Shown here: positions 7,774-16,856 of the stretch, one piece after another
Layout of the letters: every line of letters starts with the position of its first letter
How positions within the stretch are numbered: the stretch's first letter is position 1
Assembly (NCBI GenBank): GCA_030531425.1
Contig: JAUNNO010000001.1
Span: 1 to 57,681 of the forward strand
Origin: a bacterium
GTDB lineage: Bacteria; Bacillota_I; Bacilli_A; RF39; UBA660
DNA: 57,681 nucleotides
Direction: 5' to 3'
Notes under the pieces: generated by a model
Databases searched by the model: none
The model's input: only the letters and a program-made list of their open reading frames with translations
Told to the model about the DNA's origin: nothing
Made by a program: the position numbers and the translations under genes

Positions 7774-9368
7774 TTATACCCCCTAACCTCTTTAAATGCG
7801 CCAAGTAGATTAGTTTTTCCATCAAATATTTTTGAATTTGTTAGATTAGCAATATTTTGTAATTGACTCTCATCTGCTTGTCCAAATGTTATTGAATATA
7901 CGGGTATTTTTTCCTTCAATCTTGTATATTTATATGTTAAAGAATCATATGAACCAGCATTTATCTGACCATCAGTCATAGCTATTATTGTCTTTGTATA
8001 TTCATCACTTTCCCTAGATAAAATATTAAATCCTTCAATTATTGCATCATATAAGTCAGTTTGTCCATCAACATTTTCTGAGTTAATTCTAGAACGTAGA
8101 ATTTCAGTATTTTTTCCATTATCTGTACTAAATATATTTTTTATTTGACTTCCAAATGTAATAACTGAAATTTTATCATACTTTGAAAATTGTAATTTAT
8201 CAAGAGAAGATTTTTCATAATCCAAAATATAATTCATAGCATTTAATAACTCACTTACTCCATCACCATACATGCTGCCAGAGTAGTCAAGACAAAATAC
8301 AACATGAGTAGGTTTCCTTAATTCTTCTATATAAAGATTTATAGCCTTAGTCATAACACTTTTTGAAGGATATTTTGTTGTTACTAAATAAGCATTTGTA
8401 TCAATACCCCAGTTAGTATTAAATATATTCTTATCAGCGTTTTTATTTACTCCACCATACCAAGTTCTTCTACCTTTATTTTGTAACAATTGTTGGCATT
8501 CATCTCCAAGTAAATACTTTTGGAGTTTCAAGTAATTATCTTTTTTATTTTTTGAATTATCTATATATGCAAAAGTTGAATCATTAATTGCTACACCATC
8601 TATTGGGTATATTAAATATAACTGTTCTTTATTTGCTTTTTTTAATTCTTGATTTATCTTAATTAAAGATGATTCACTTGCAAGCATTGCTTCATAGCTA
8701 TCACTATTCAAAAACATTTCTTCTAAATAATTTTCATCACCTGATACTCTTTCTACTCCAGAAAATATATTTTTCATATTTATTGCTAGTGATGGATCTT
8801 CTAACATTTCTTCTGTTAACACTTCAGGAGATCCTGCTATACTATTCAAGAATCCTAAATATGCAGTAGCACCCGTATTAGTTTGAGTAACTGATGACAT
8901 AACATATTTAATTTGTTTGTTTTTTATCAGTTCTAACAAATCTTTATTATATATTTTTTTACCAATTAAGCCCAAACTTTCTGCTTTACTATATTTTATT
9001 CCCATAACAACAGGACTTATACTTATAGATTTTGACTCGGAAATGGTATATGTATTATCAAGCATATATAACCATATTGAATTAGATATCCACACAGCAT
9101 CATAAGATGATGAATTATTATTTAATTCATCAACTATATCTAAATCCCCCATATAACTAAATTCAACATTTATTTTATTTTTTTTAGCATAATCTTTTAA
9201 ATATGGTTCAATATCTTTATTATCATATGAAGATAAGATTTTTATATTTTTACTTTCATGTTTTATTATTACTTTACTAGCCATATCAATTAATAAAGGA
9301 GACATCGCTGCCAGAAAATTAATAATAACAATAAAAGCAAATATACACCAAAATGTTTTTAATTTCAT
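7770..9368 (-). CDS. membrane-anchored SBP-fold + von Willebrand A domain fusion protein
   Basis: 532 aa with an N-terminal TM anchor, an SBP-like module, and a C-terminal vWA domain with the MIDAS motif VVFCLDYSGSM followed by ..AMTDG... Its RBS AGGTG overlaps the gap stop codon. Confidence 0.75.
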   Translation of the reverse strand: MKLKTFWCIFAFIVIINFLAAMSPLLIDMASKVIIKHESKNIKILSSYDNKDIEPYLKDYAKKNKINVEFSYMGDLDIVDELNNNSSSYDAVWISNSIWLYMLDNTYTISESKSISISPVVMGIKYSKAESLGLIGKKIYNKDLLELIKNKQIKYVMSSVTQTNTGATAYLGFLNSIAGSPEVLTEEMLEDPSLAINMKNIFSGVERVSGDENYLEEMFLNSDSYEAMLASESSLIKINQELKKANKEQLYLIYPIDGVAINDSTFAYIDNSKNKKDNYLKLQKYLLGDECQQLLQNKGRRTWYGGVNKNADKNIFNTNWGIDTNAYLVTTKYPSKSVMTKAINLYIEELRKPTHVVFCLDYSGSMYGDGVSELLNAMNYILDYEKSSLDKLQFSKYDKISVITFGSQIKNIFSTDNGKNTEILRSRINSENVDGQTDLYDAIIEGFNILSRESDEYTKTIIAMTDGQINAGSYDSLTYKYTRLKEKIPVYSITFGQADESQLQNIANLTNSKIFDGKTNLLGAFKEVRGYN

Positions 9369-9375
9369 ATAACAC

Positions 9376-10380
9376 CTATAAATTTACTAAATATTTAGCA
9401 GTTCTAACCATTTGAGTTGAATATCCCATTTCATTATCATACCAAGCAATTATTTTAACTAATTGTTTTCCTTCTGTATCCAAAACTTTTGTAAGTTGTC
9501 CATCTACTAAAGCACCTAGACTAGATCCTATAATATCACTAGATACAATAGGATCCATAGTAAACTTTATAGTTTCATTTTGATTTTGTATAAACAGATT
9601 ATTTATTTCTTCTACACTAGTATTTCTATTAAGTTCTAATGATAAATCTATTACAGATCCTGTTGGAACAGGTACTCTTAAAGCCCCTCCATCTAATTTG
9701 CCTTTTAGGCTGGGTATAACAAGCCCTATGGCAGATGCTGCTCCTGTTGATGATGGAACTATATTTGCAGCACAAGCACGTCCCCTTCTTGCATTTATTC
9801 CTTTTTTATGAGCTATATCTAGTGTTGCTTGATCGTTTGTATATGCATGAACTGTAGTCATAAATCCTTTTTTTATGCCTATATTTTTCTCTATTATATT
9901 AAGTACTGGCGCAAGACAATTAGTAGTACAAGATGCTGCACTTATAACTTGCTCTGTTCCATCTAATGTATCTTCGTTTACATTATATACTATAGTTTTT
10001 AAATCTCCCTTAGCAGGAGCACTAATTATAACTTTTTTTGCTCCTGCATTAATATGAGCCATCGCCTTATCCTTATCTGTAAAAATGCCAGTACATTCAA
10101 ACACCTCATCTATATTCAAATCCCTCCAAGGTAGTAAACTAGGGTCTTTTTCTGAATATACTCTTATTTTTCTACCCTTAACTATTATAAATTCACCTTC
10201 AAAAGATATATCATCTACATTATAATTTCTATGATTAGTATCATACTTAAGTAGGTATGCTAACTGTTCTGCATCTGTTAAATCATTAATCGCTACCACC
10301 TCAAAAGTTGGATCTTCTTCCATTATTCTAAAAACCAATCTTCCTATTCTTCCAAATCCATTTATTGCTACTCTTATCAT
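9376..10380 (-). CDS. gap: glyceraldehyde-3-phosphate dehydrogenase
   Basis: 334 aa with NGFGRIGR NAD-binding start, catalytic SCTTNCLAP and WYDNE near the C-terminus. Confidence 0.97.
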   Translation of the reverse strand: MIRVAINGFGRIGRLVFRIMEEDPTFEVVAINDLTDAEQLAYLLKYDTNHRNYNVDDISFEGEFIIVKGRKIRVYSEKDPSLLPWRDLNIDEVFECTGIFTDKDKAMAHINAGAKKVIISAPAKGDLKTIVYNVNEDTLDGTEQVISAASCTTNCLAPVLNIIEKNIGIKKGFMTTVHAYTNDQATLDIAHKKGINARRGRACAANIVPSSTGAASAIGLVIPSLKGKLDGGALRVPVPTGSVIDLSLELNRNTSVEEINNLFIQNQNETIKFTMDPIVSSDIIGSSLGALVDGQLTKVLDTEGKQLVKIIAWYDNEMGYSTQMVRTAKYLVNL

Positions 10381-10394
10381 ATTATTCCTTCTTC

Positions 10395-12086
10395 CTAATC
10401 TTTATCTCTAAAACAGCTTCCCCCAATAAATTCTCTTAATACTGAATCTTGCGGTACATCATCTGATGGTATAGTTAAAAAATTTCTCAAAAAATTTATA
10501 AGTCTTAATGCTTCCGGATATTCAGGCTCATCCTCATTAACATTAAATAAAAGTGGTTCTACATATGTTTTTAATACTCCTATTTCATATAACAAAGATG
10601 AATTTACAACAGCATCAACATTATCTTGAAATTTAAAAATATTAGTTTTTTCACCCTTTTGTACATTAGGCCACATAGCTAAAGTTTCACGAGCCCCAAA
10701 TCCTCTTGTTTTGTTATCTCTTACAATTCTTCTTAACTTTCTTATATCAGATGTATGTATATAATTATGGTCATCTAAGTGAATTGTAGTTAAAGGGCTT
10801 ATATATATTTTGTATTTTTTATCATTATCAATATTCTTTGTAAGTTCCTCATTTAATGCATGAAGACCTTCAACTATAATTATATCCTTACTTCCCAGTT
10901 GTAAATACTCGCCATTATATTCTCTTTTTCCTAATATAAAATTAAACGTAGGAAGTTCAACTTTCTTACCGTCTAATAAATCATTTAAATTTTGATTAAA
11001 AAGTTCAACATCTATTGCTTTAATAGATTCAAAGTCTGGTTTACCATCCTCATCTAAAACCCTTTTATCCATATCAGTAAAATAATTATCTAATTCTATT
11101 GAGTGAGTAAAAAAACCTCTAGCTTTAAGATGCAAATCAAGTTTTCTTGCTGTTGTAGTTTTACCACTTGATGATGGACCTGCCATTAATACTATTTTAA
11201 CATTTCCTCTTGAATTAACTATTTCATTTGCAGCTTTTACAAGCTGATTATTATATCTTATTTCAGATAAATTTATAAGTTCACCTGTTTTAGCCCTTGA
11301 AACAATTCTATTTAAATCAGCTACAGTACTTATATTACCATCACTACACCATTTTTTATACTTTTCAAATTCTTGAAATACCATATCGTGATGTGTATAA
11401 TTTTCGGTAAATTCTGGATTATCTGTTGTAGGATATGATAACGCAAGACCATTATCTTTTACATATGTGAGTTTAAAGCTATTGATTTGTCCTGTAGAAT
11501 AAGCCATTCTACCATAAAAATAATCATAAATAAAATCTAATTTATATAAATTTATATATGTATTTGAAATATACTTTAATAAATTAACTTTATCTCCAAT
11601 ATTAGCCTTTTTAAAGTATTTAATCGCATCCAATCTAGAAGTACTTACTTTAGTTATTTCTATATTACTTGAAACAATTCTTCTCATTTCCTGTTCTATT
11701 TTAGCTACTTCATTTTTATCTATTCTAGCGCCTTCTATATTACAATAAATTCCATTATCCATAGAATTTTCTATAATCACTTTAGTGGTATATCCATAAG
11801 TGCACTTAACCGCATATAATAAAATTAAGCAAGCTGTTCTAGCATACACTGCATTTCCAACAGAAGAACTCCTATCAAAAAATTCAATATTACAATGTTT
11901 AACTAATCTTTCATTTAAATCAACTATATCATTATCAACTTGAACTGATAAAATATCATATTTATAATATGACTTAAAATGTTCTGAAATTTCTTTAAAT
12001 GTAGTTCCTTCTTTAAATTCCATTTCCTCTTGATCTCTAAAAGTAACTCTAAAATTTTTTTCCATAGTATTACCATCTACTTTCAT
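10395..12086 (-). CDS. uridine-kinase-family P-loop kinase with N-terminal TGS/ThrRS-SAD-like region
   Basis: 563 aa with P-loop GPSSSGKTT and a C-terminal uridine kinase-like region. This is the long architecture common in Clostridia. The start may be the second ATG (MEKNF). Confidence 0.75.
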   Translation of the reverse strand: MKVDGNTMEKNFRVTFRDQEEMEFKEGTTFKEISEHFKSYYKYDILSVQVDNDIVDLNERLVKHCNIEFFDRSSSVGNAVYARTACLILLYAVKCTYGYTTKVIIENSMDNGIYCNIEGARIDKNEVAKIEQEMRRIVSSNIEITKVSTSRLDAIKYFKKANIGDKVNLLKYISNTYINLYKLDFIYDYFYGRMAYSTGQINSFKLTYVKDNGLALSYPTTDNPEFTENYTHHDMVFQEFEKYKKWCSDGNISTVADLNRIVSRAKTGELINLSEIRYNNQLVKAANEIVNSRGNVKIVLMAGPSSSGKTTTARKLDLHLKARGFFTHSIELDNYFTDMDKRVLDEDGKPDFESIKAIDVELFNQNLNDLLDGKKVELPTFNFILGKREYNGEYLQLGSKDIIIVEGLHALNEELTKNIDNDKKYKIYISPLTTIHLDDHNYIHTSDIRKLRRIVRDNKTRGFGARETLAMWPNVQKGEKTNIFKFQDNVDAVVNSSLLYEIGVLKTYVEPLLFNVNEDEPEYPEALRLINFLRNFLTIPSDDVPQDSVLREFIGGSCFRDKD

Positions 12087-12177
12087 TTATATTTTATCAA
12101 AAAAAAAGTACTTTGTCGACTTTTTTAAAGTATAAAAGTCTTTTTTTTATACTATTATATTATTAAGGAGGAAATTT

Positions 12178-12756
12178 ATGATAATACCAACAGTAATTGA
12201 TAAAGTAAATAACACTGAAAGAGTATATGATATTTATTCTAGACTATTAAAAGATAGAATTATAATAATAAATGGAGAAATTAATAATGAAGTTGCTAAT
12301 AGCGTTGTTGCACAACTTTTATTTTTAGACTCTTTAAATAATGATGATATAAATATATATATAAATTCACCAGGCGGAAGTGTTACAGATGGGATGGCTA
12401 TATATGATACTATGAATTTTATTTCTAGTGATGTATCTACTATAGGTGTTGGAATATGTGCATCTATGGCAGCATTCTTACTATCTAGTGGAACAATTGG
12501 AAAAAGATATGCACTACCTAACAGTGAAATTATGATACATCAACCTCTAGGTGGTGCTCAAGGTCAAGCAACTGAAATAAAAATAGCTGCAGAGCACATT
12601 TTAAAAACTAAAGACAAATTAAATAAAATATTATCCAAAAATACTAATAAAGAACTTAGTATAATAGAACATGATACTGATAGAGATAATTTTATGACAT
12701 CAAATGAGGCTCTAAATTATGGAATCATAGATAAAATTATAGATAAAAAACTATAA
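12178..12756 (+). CDS. clpP: ATP-dependent Clp protease proteolytic subunit
   Basis: 192 aa with active-site contexts [11 protein letters not shown] and [18 protein letters not shown]. Confidence 0.97.
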   Translation: MIIPTVIDKVNNTERVYDIYSRLLKDRIIIINGEINNEVANSVVAQLLFLDSLNNDDINIYINSPGGSVTDGMAIYDTMNFISSDVSTIGVGICASMAAFLLSSGTIGKRYALPNSEIMIHQPLGGAQGQATEIKIAAEHILKTKDKLNKILSKNTNKELSIIEHDTDRDNFMTSNEALNYGIIDKIIDKKL

Positions 12757-12828
12757 TTTTTTTCACAAAAAAAAGGAAACTATTACCTTTCACTAAATTA
12801 GCAGTTAAAATTTAATATATTATATTTT

Positions 12829-13625
12829 TTATTTTGGTATTTCGAATTTACTTTCTATACAATAAGAATCGTCTCTATCAACAAAGCATGTATCTGTAAC
12901 CCATAAATTCCCAACAACTCTTTCAGTAACTACTTTTGTAAGTGTATTTTGAATATCAAAAGCACCACAGCTATACTCAAATGTTCCCTTAAAGTTACAA
13001 CTAATTCCTTTACTTTCAAGAATTGCTTTTCTTCCAATAGCAAAGCCTACAATATTACCATCACCATCTCCATCACTTTCTCCAGCTATATCACCAATAC
13101 ATACTGGAGAATCATTAACTGTCTTACATACAGATGAGCCTATTATTTCATTTTTTTCATTTATTATATGTTTTAAATATACATCTTTGTTTAATGTTTT
13201 ATAGTCAGTAGTATATTCTGAATCTTCTAGTTTATCTCCTGTATTTTTACTTGATGAAAATCTATATACTGTTTTTTGCATTGGATCTCCAGGCATAATA
13301 AACTTATAATCTTCTATTTCACCGTCATCTAAAACTATACTTCCACCTATTGGCTTTTTTCCTTCTACATTGACTATTATATCATCATCTATTCCATCAC
13401 AATTTAAATTACTATTTTCTGTTATTTCACATTTTTCTACATCAAAATCTTTTGTTGGATGATTCATTTGATAGTCTGCTATAGCTATCTCTGCTGCTCT
13501 TAAATAATTTTCGGCACTTTGCTTTTTCGCTTCTTCTTTTGAATCTTCAATAATATCTATTATTATTGGAACTGCTATTAGGCTATTACTGCTAAAAGTT
13601 CTATTAATGTAAATCCTCTTTCCAT
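12829..13625 (-). pseudogene. prepilin-type (type IV pilin/ComGC-like N-terminus) gene disrupted by a 19-nt deletion
   Basis: From the ATG at 13625 the frame reads MERGFTLIELLAVIA then a stop. Shifting frame continues ..IAVPIIIDIIEDSKEEAKKQSAENYLRAAEIAIADYQ into the 212-aa ORF 12829..13467. Compared with the paralogue at 54562..55698, 19 nt are missing from the hydrophobic helix. Confidence 0.8.
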
Positions 13626-13984
13626 ATTTTCCCTACTTTCTATTATTAATAGAACTTAAAAAGGAAAGAAAAATCAAGCTTTTTTCTTCAAAATATAATA
13701 AAATGGGAATTTTTATTTGGATTTCAGCTTTTGATATAAAACTGGAAATAAGTCTGATTATAGTTTATAAGATTTTAAAATCAGGGGCGAATGAAATGAG
13801 TTTATGAAATCCTTGATTTTTATATCTTTTATAGTAGTTAATATAATATCGAAAACGGACTTTAGTCTAAAAAGCGGACTTTACTTTGTTATTTTTGTTG
13901 GGTAAAAATTGATTTATTTATATAAAATAATATACTTTTTTCAAGGTTATTTCCGTTTAGCATTTAAAAAAAAACAATAAGTCT

Positions 13985-14132
13985 AATAGATTTAAAAATT
14001 TGTAAAAAATATAATAAAATTAAATTAATTTACATATAAATTTTACTATTATACAATGTATCCAATACCTTTTACTTTGGATGAATATATCTACTGTTTT
14101 TATAAATTATTACAAAACAGTTAGTACATCAA
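13985..14132 (-). repeat. ComEC/Rec2-type 3' gene-tail remnant, copy 0 (most decayed)
   Basis: Aligns by eye with copies 2 and 3 (..KNSRYIHPK*KVLDTLYNSKIYM*..). It ends with CAGTTAGTACATCAA at 14118-14132. Confidence 0.55.
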
Positions 14133-14504
14133 TATACTTATTTTTTTAAAATACTTGTCATTAAATCTTATAATTAGAATATTTTCTAACGAAAAAATTC
14201 TATAATCTCCATTTTGAACAATTAAATAGCAAGCATATCTAGAAAGTTTATAATCTTTTATCTTTCTAATTCCACCTTTGCCATGTTTTATCAATTTCCC
14301 GACCTCGGGAAAATGGTCTTCAACGTTATAGCCACTTTTTTCACATGCAACTTTTGCATTATTTATAGCATTAGAGAATCTTTCCCACTTACTATGCTCA
14401 AGTAAAGGCATTAATTCTCTTGCCAGCCAATAATCATTACCATTCTCATCTATATGTTTTATATTTTCAAATATCTTCTCTGTATATTCTTTTATTTCAT
14501 TCAT
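14121..14504 (-). CDS. DinD (DNA-damage-inducible protein D) family N-terminal fragment, probably a remnant
   Basis: MNEIKEY..WLARELMPLL..AKVACEKSGYNVEDHF..YKLSRYACYLIVQNGD matches the first ~100 aa of E. coli DinD. It then diverges and stops inside the 15-bp repeat. The RBS is degraded (AATAAG). The ORF-track start at 14588 runs through tail copy 1. Confidence 0.7.
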   Translation of the reverse strand: MNEIKEYTEKIFENIKHIDENGNDYWLARELMPLLEHSKWERFSNAINNAKVACEKSGYNVEDHFPEVGKLIKHGKGGIRKIKDYKLSRYACYLIVQNGDYRIFSLENILIIRFNDKYFKKISILMY

Positions 14505-14518
14505 TTTAATTCTTATTT

Positions 14519-14575
14519 CTATGGTGAACATATCTATTATTTTTACCAACCCATACGGGTCAGTTAGTACATCAA
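14519..14575 (-). repeat. ComEC/Rec2-type 3' gene-tail remnant, copy 1 (internally deleted)
   Basis: TTGATGTACTAACTG..GTTGGTAAAAATAATAGATATG is joined directly to ..TCACCATAG. The middle part present in copies 2 and 3 is missing. Confidence 0.6.
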
Positions 14576-14601
14576 ATAAAAACTGCATATATAATGCAGT
14601 T
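14574..14601 (-). terminator. Rho-independent terminator after the GNAT gene
   Basis: Minus strand AACTGCAT-TATAT-ATGCAGTT followed by TTTATTT. The hairpin overlaps the TAA stop. Confidence 0.5.
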
Positions 14602-15064
14602 AAATATTAGTTTTTCTCATTTTAAAACTTAAAACTTCAAAGCCAAGTGATTTATATAAATTTAAGGCTGTTTCATTTTTTGACATTACATTTATATCTA
14701 TAAAACTAATGTCTTTTTCTTTAATTATACTTAAACCTTCAGTTATTAAAGATTTTGCTATACCTTTATTGCGATATTCTTCTTCTACGTATAGTCCATC
14801 AATTAAATATCCAAAAGCATCTTCATCCTTTACAAATTTAAAATAAACATACCCAACTATTTCTTTGTTTTCTTTGTAACCTAACAAAATATTTTGTTCA
14901 TCTTTAACTATATTCTTAAAATAATCTTTAACAATAAAGTTTTCATTTATAAAAACATTATAGTTTTTTTCATCTTGAATTAATTTAGTTAATAATGCAT
15001 CACAATAATTAGCATTTGTTTCATCTAAAATTCTAATTAACATATTATCACATCCTATATTCAT
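14600..15064 (-). CDS. GNAT family N-acetyltransferase
   Basis: 154 aa with acetyl-CoA motif VEEEYRNKGIAKSLI. The start is more likely MLIRILDE at 15043, which is preceded by AGGA. Confidence 0.8.
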   Translation of the reverse strand: MNIGCDNMLIRILDETNANYCDALLTKLIQDEKNYNVFINENFIVKDYFKNIVKDEQNILLGYKENKEIVGYVYFKFVKDEDAFGYLIDGLYVEEEYRNKGIAKSLITEGLSIIKEKDISFIDINVMSKNETALNLYKSLGFEVLSFKMRKTNI

Positions 15065-15068
15065 TATA

Positions 15069-15968
15069 TCACACTAATTCATATTCTCTTGAAATAATTC
15101 TATCATCAGAACAATATTGAATAACATACTGGTTATTCTTTTTACAAATTATTATACCAGCAGTTTTATTATCATCAATATTCTTTACTTCATTATCGAT
15201 ATAATTCATATAATTTTGAATTTGTCCAGTATGACTAGAATTTAACTCATTAACTTTTAGTTCAATTACTACAAAACACTTATATTTGAAATTATAAAAT
15301 AATAAATCAATATAATTGTATCTATCACCCACTTTAATTTTATATTCATTATCTATAAAACTAAACCCTGTCCCTAATTCTTTCATAAATGATGTGATAT
15401 TTTCAAGTATTAATTTTTGCAATAATTTTTCTGATATATTTTCATAATTATAACTATTTTTAATTAATATTGGATTTTTAACAAAATCTACAACATTATT
15501 TTCTTCTTTATTTATTAACTTTAATTTAGTTTCTTCATTTAATCTTTCATATTCATTTGCCTTAATTATACTTCTTAAACCACGAACATCGATATTATTA
15601 ATTTCACATTGATACACATAATACTTTATTTTGTTTATATCGTCTATTGATAACATCTCATACCAATGACTCCATGTTAATTTTCCCGACAATGTCGGGA
15701 CTTTTTGAATTATTATATAAAATTGTTTGATTTTATATAAAAGTGATACAGAATATCTTTTACCAAATTTGGTGATTAACCTATTCGAATACTCTTTAAT
15801 AATGCTTTTACCATATTTAGTATCAACACTACTTATTAATTCTCCAATTTCAAGATAGGTTTTCATTTTCTCTTTTGCTTTTGAATAATCTTTTACACTT
15901 TGATATATTTCATGATTTAATATTTTATTTTCAATTTGATTATATATTATTTCTGTTTCATTTTTCAT
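15069..15968 (-). CDS. DUF1016/YhcG-type PD-(D/E)xK nuclease family protein
   Basis: 299 aa with LTWSHWYEML.. and a C-terminal IDLLFYN..VVIELK nuclease core. It is a paralogue of ORF 16857..17882. Confidence 0.75.
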   Translation of the reverse strand: MKNETEIIYNQIENKILNHEIYQSVKDYSKAKEKMKTYLEIGELISSVDTKYGKSIIKEYSNRLITKFGKRYSVSLLYKIKQFYIIIQKVPTLSGKLTWSHWYEMLSIDDINKIKYYVYQCEINNIDVRGLRSIIKANEYERLNEETKLKLINKEENNVVDFVKNPILIKNSYNYENISEKLLQKLILENITSFMKELGTGFSFIDNEYKIKVGDRYNYIDLLFYNFKYKCFVVIELKVNELNSSHTGQIQNYMNYIDNEVKNIDDNKTAGIIICKKNNQYVIQYCSDDRIISREYELV

Positions 15969-15981
15969 TTCTTACTCCTTT

Positions 15982-16170
15982 CTATGGTGGACACGTCCTA
16001 ATTTTATATCCTTTTTTATTTAATTTAATCTCAATAGATCCATCTAAATCTGTTCTATAAATTTTACTATTTCTTAATGTTTCTAATACTTCATCTTTTG
16101 GATGCCCATATCTATTATTCTTACCAACACGTTTTGGATAGTTACTACATCAGCCGTAAATTCTTTTATT
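15982..16170 (-). repeat. ComEC/Rec2-type 3' gene-tail remnant, copy 2 (open frame)
   Basis: Translates to VGKNNRYGHPKDEVLETLRNSKIYRTDLDGSIEIKLNKKGYKIRTCPP then TAG. It is preceded by ..KEFTADVVT.. in another frame. There is no start codon and no upstream gene body. Confidence 0.7.
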
Positions 16171-16171
16171 T

Positions 16172-16200
16172 CAAAGAAAAAAGAACTAATCAATAGTTCT
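16172..16200 (-). terminator. Rho-independent terminator after the histidine phosphatase gene
   Basis: Minus strand AGAACTA-TTGAT-TAGTTCT followed by TTTTTTCTTT, located 4 nt after the stop. Confidence 0.6.
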
Positions 16201-16204
16201 CAAA

Positions 16205-16831
16205 TTAATTTATAATATCTATATCTATTATTTTATTATTTTCATAACGAATTCTATAAACTCCAGGACTTTTAGGTTTGTTCTCAACAATTAATTTATT
16301 ATTATATTTTACAGTTGTAATTCTACCATCAAATGAAAAGTCACAATTATTTTGTAAAAACGATAATAGCATTATTCCGTGAATTACTATTATAGATTTA
16401 TCAATATCCTTATTTAATAACTCCTTAATAAAATTATTTAGTCTATCATCCATTTCATTTAATGATTCACATTTATTATTTACTTTATAATTTTTATCAT
16501 CAAATGACCTTTTTGTGAAATCATCAGGTAACTCATTTAAATAATTGATTCCAAATTCTCTTTCATTAATTCTTGAATCTAATTTTATTTTTGTATTATT
16601 TGCTTCTGATAAATATTTAGCGGTTGCTATTGCTCTAAACGAATTACTTGAATATATTTCTTTTATTCCTTTTAACTCATTTATTTCTTGTAATTTTTCT
16701 GCTTTCTTTTCTCCTTCAACAGATAAAATCATATTTTTATTATACTCATTCCAATCAACACTTTGATAATCACTATAATTATCTATATCTATAAAAGGCC
16801 CTGAATGTCTAATCAAATATATTTCTTTCAT
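16205..16831 (-). CDS. histidine phosphatase superfamily (branch 1) protein
   Basis: 208 aa with N-terminal LIRHSG, SSNSFRAIATA, and a second His in VIHGIM. Confidence 0.7.
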   Translation of the reverse strand: MKEIYLIRHSGPFIDIDNYSDYQSVDWNEYNKNMILSVEGEKKAEKLQEINELKGIKEIYSSNSFRAIATAKYLSEANNTKIKLDSRINEREFGINYLNELPDDFTKRSFDDKNYKVNNKCESLNEMDDRLNNFIKELLNKDIDKSIIVIHGIMLLSFLQNNCDFSFDGRITTVKYNNKLIVENKPKSPGVYRIRYENNKIIDIDIIN

Positions 16832-16856
16832 GTTATCAACTCCTACCTCAATTATA

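Noticed and set aside
12087-12177. CtsR operator in the clpP / kinase divergent intergenic region.
   Set aside because: I only found AAAGTA/AAAGTC-like fragments and GTCGACAAA. There is no tandem (A/G)GTCAAA heptad repeat with the expected spacing.
13703-13807. 34-codon + strand ORF (MGIFIWISAFDIKLEISLIIVYKILKSGANEMSL) in the spacer next to the cassette array.
   Set aside because: It has no RBS, no recognisable peptide family and no supporting context.
13897-13913. GTTGGGTAAAAATTGAT on the + strand, resembling an inverted partial fifth copy of the comEC-tail start GTTGGTAAAAATAATAGAT.
   Set aside because: Only about 17 nt of imperfect match in low-complexity A/T sequence, with no extension of similarity on either side.
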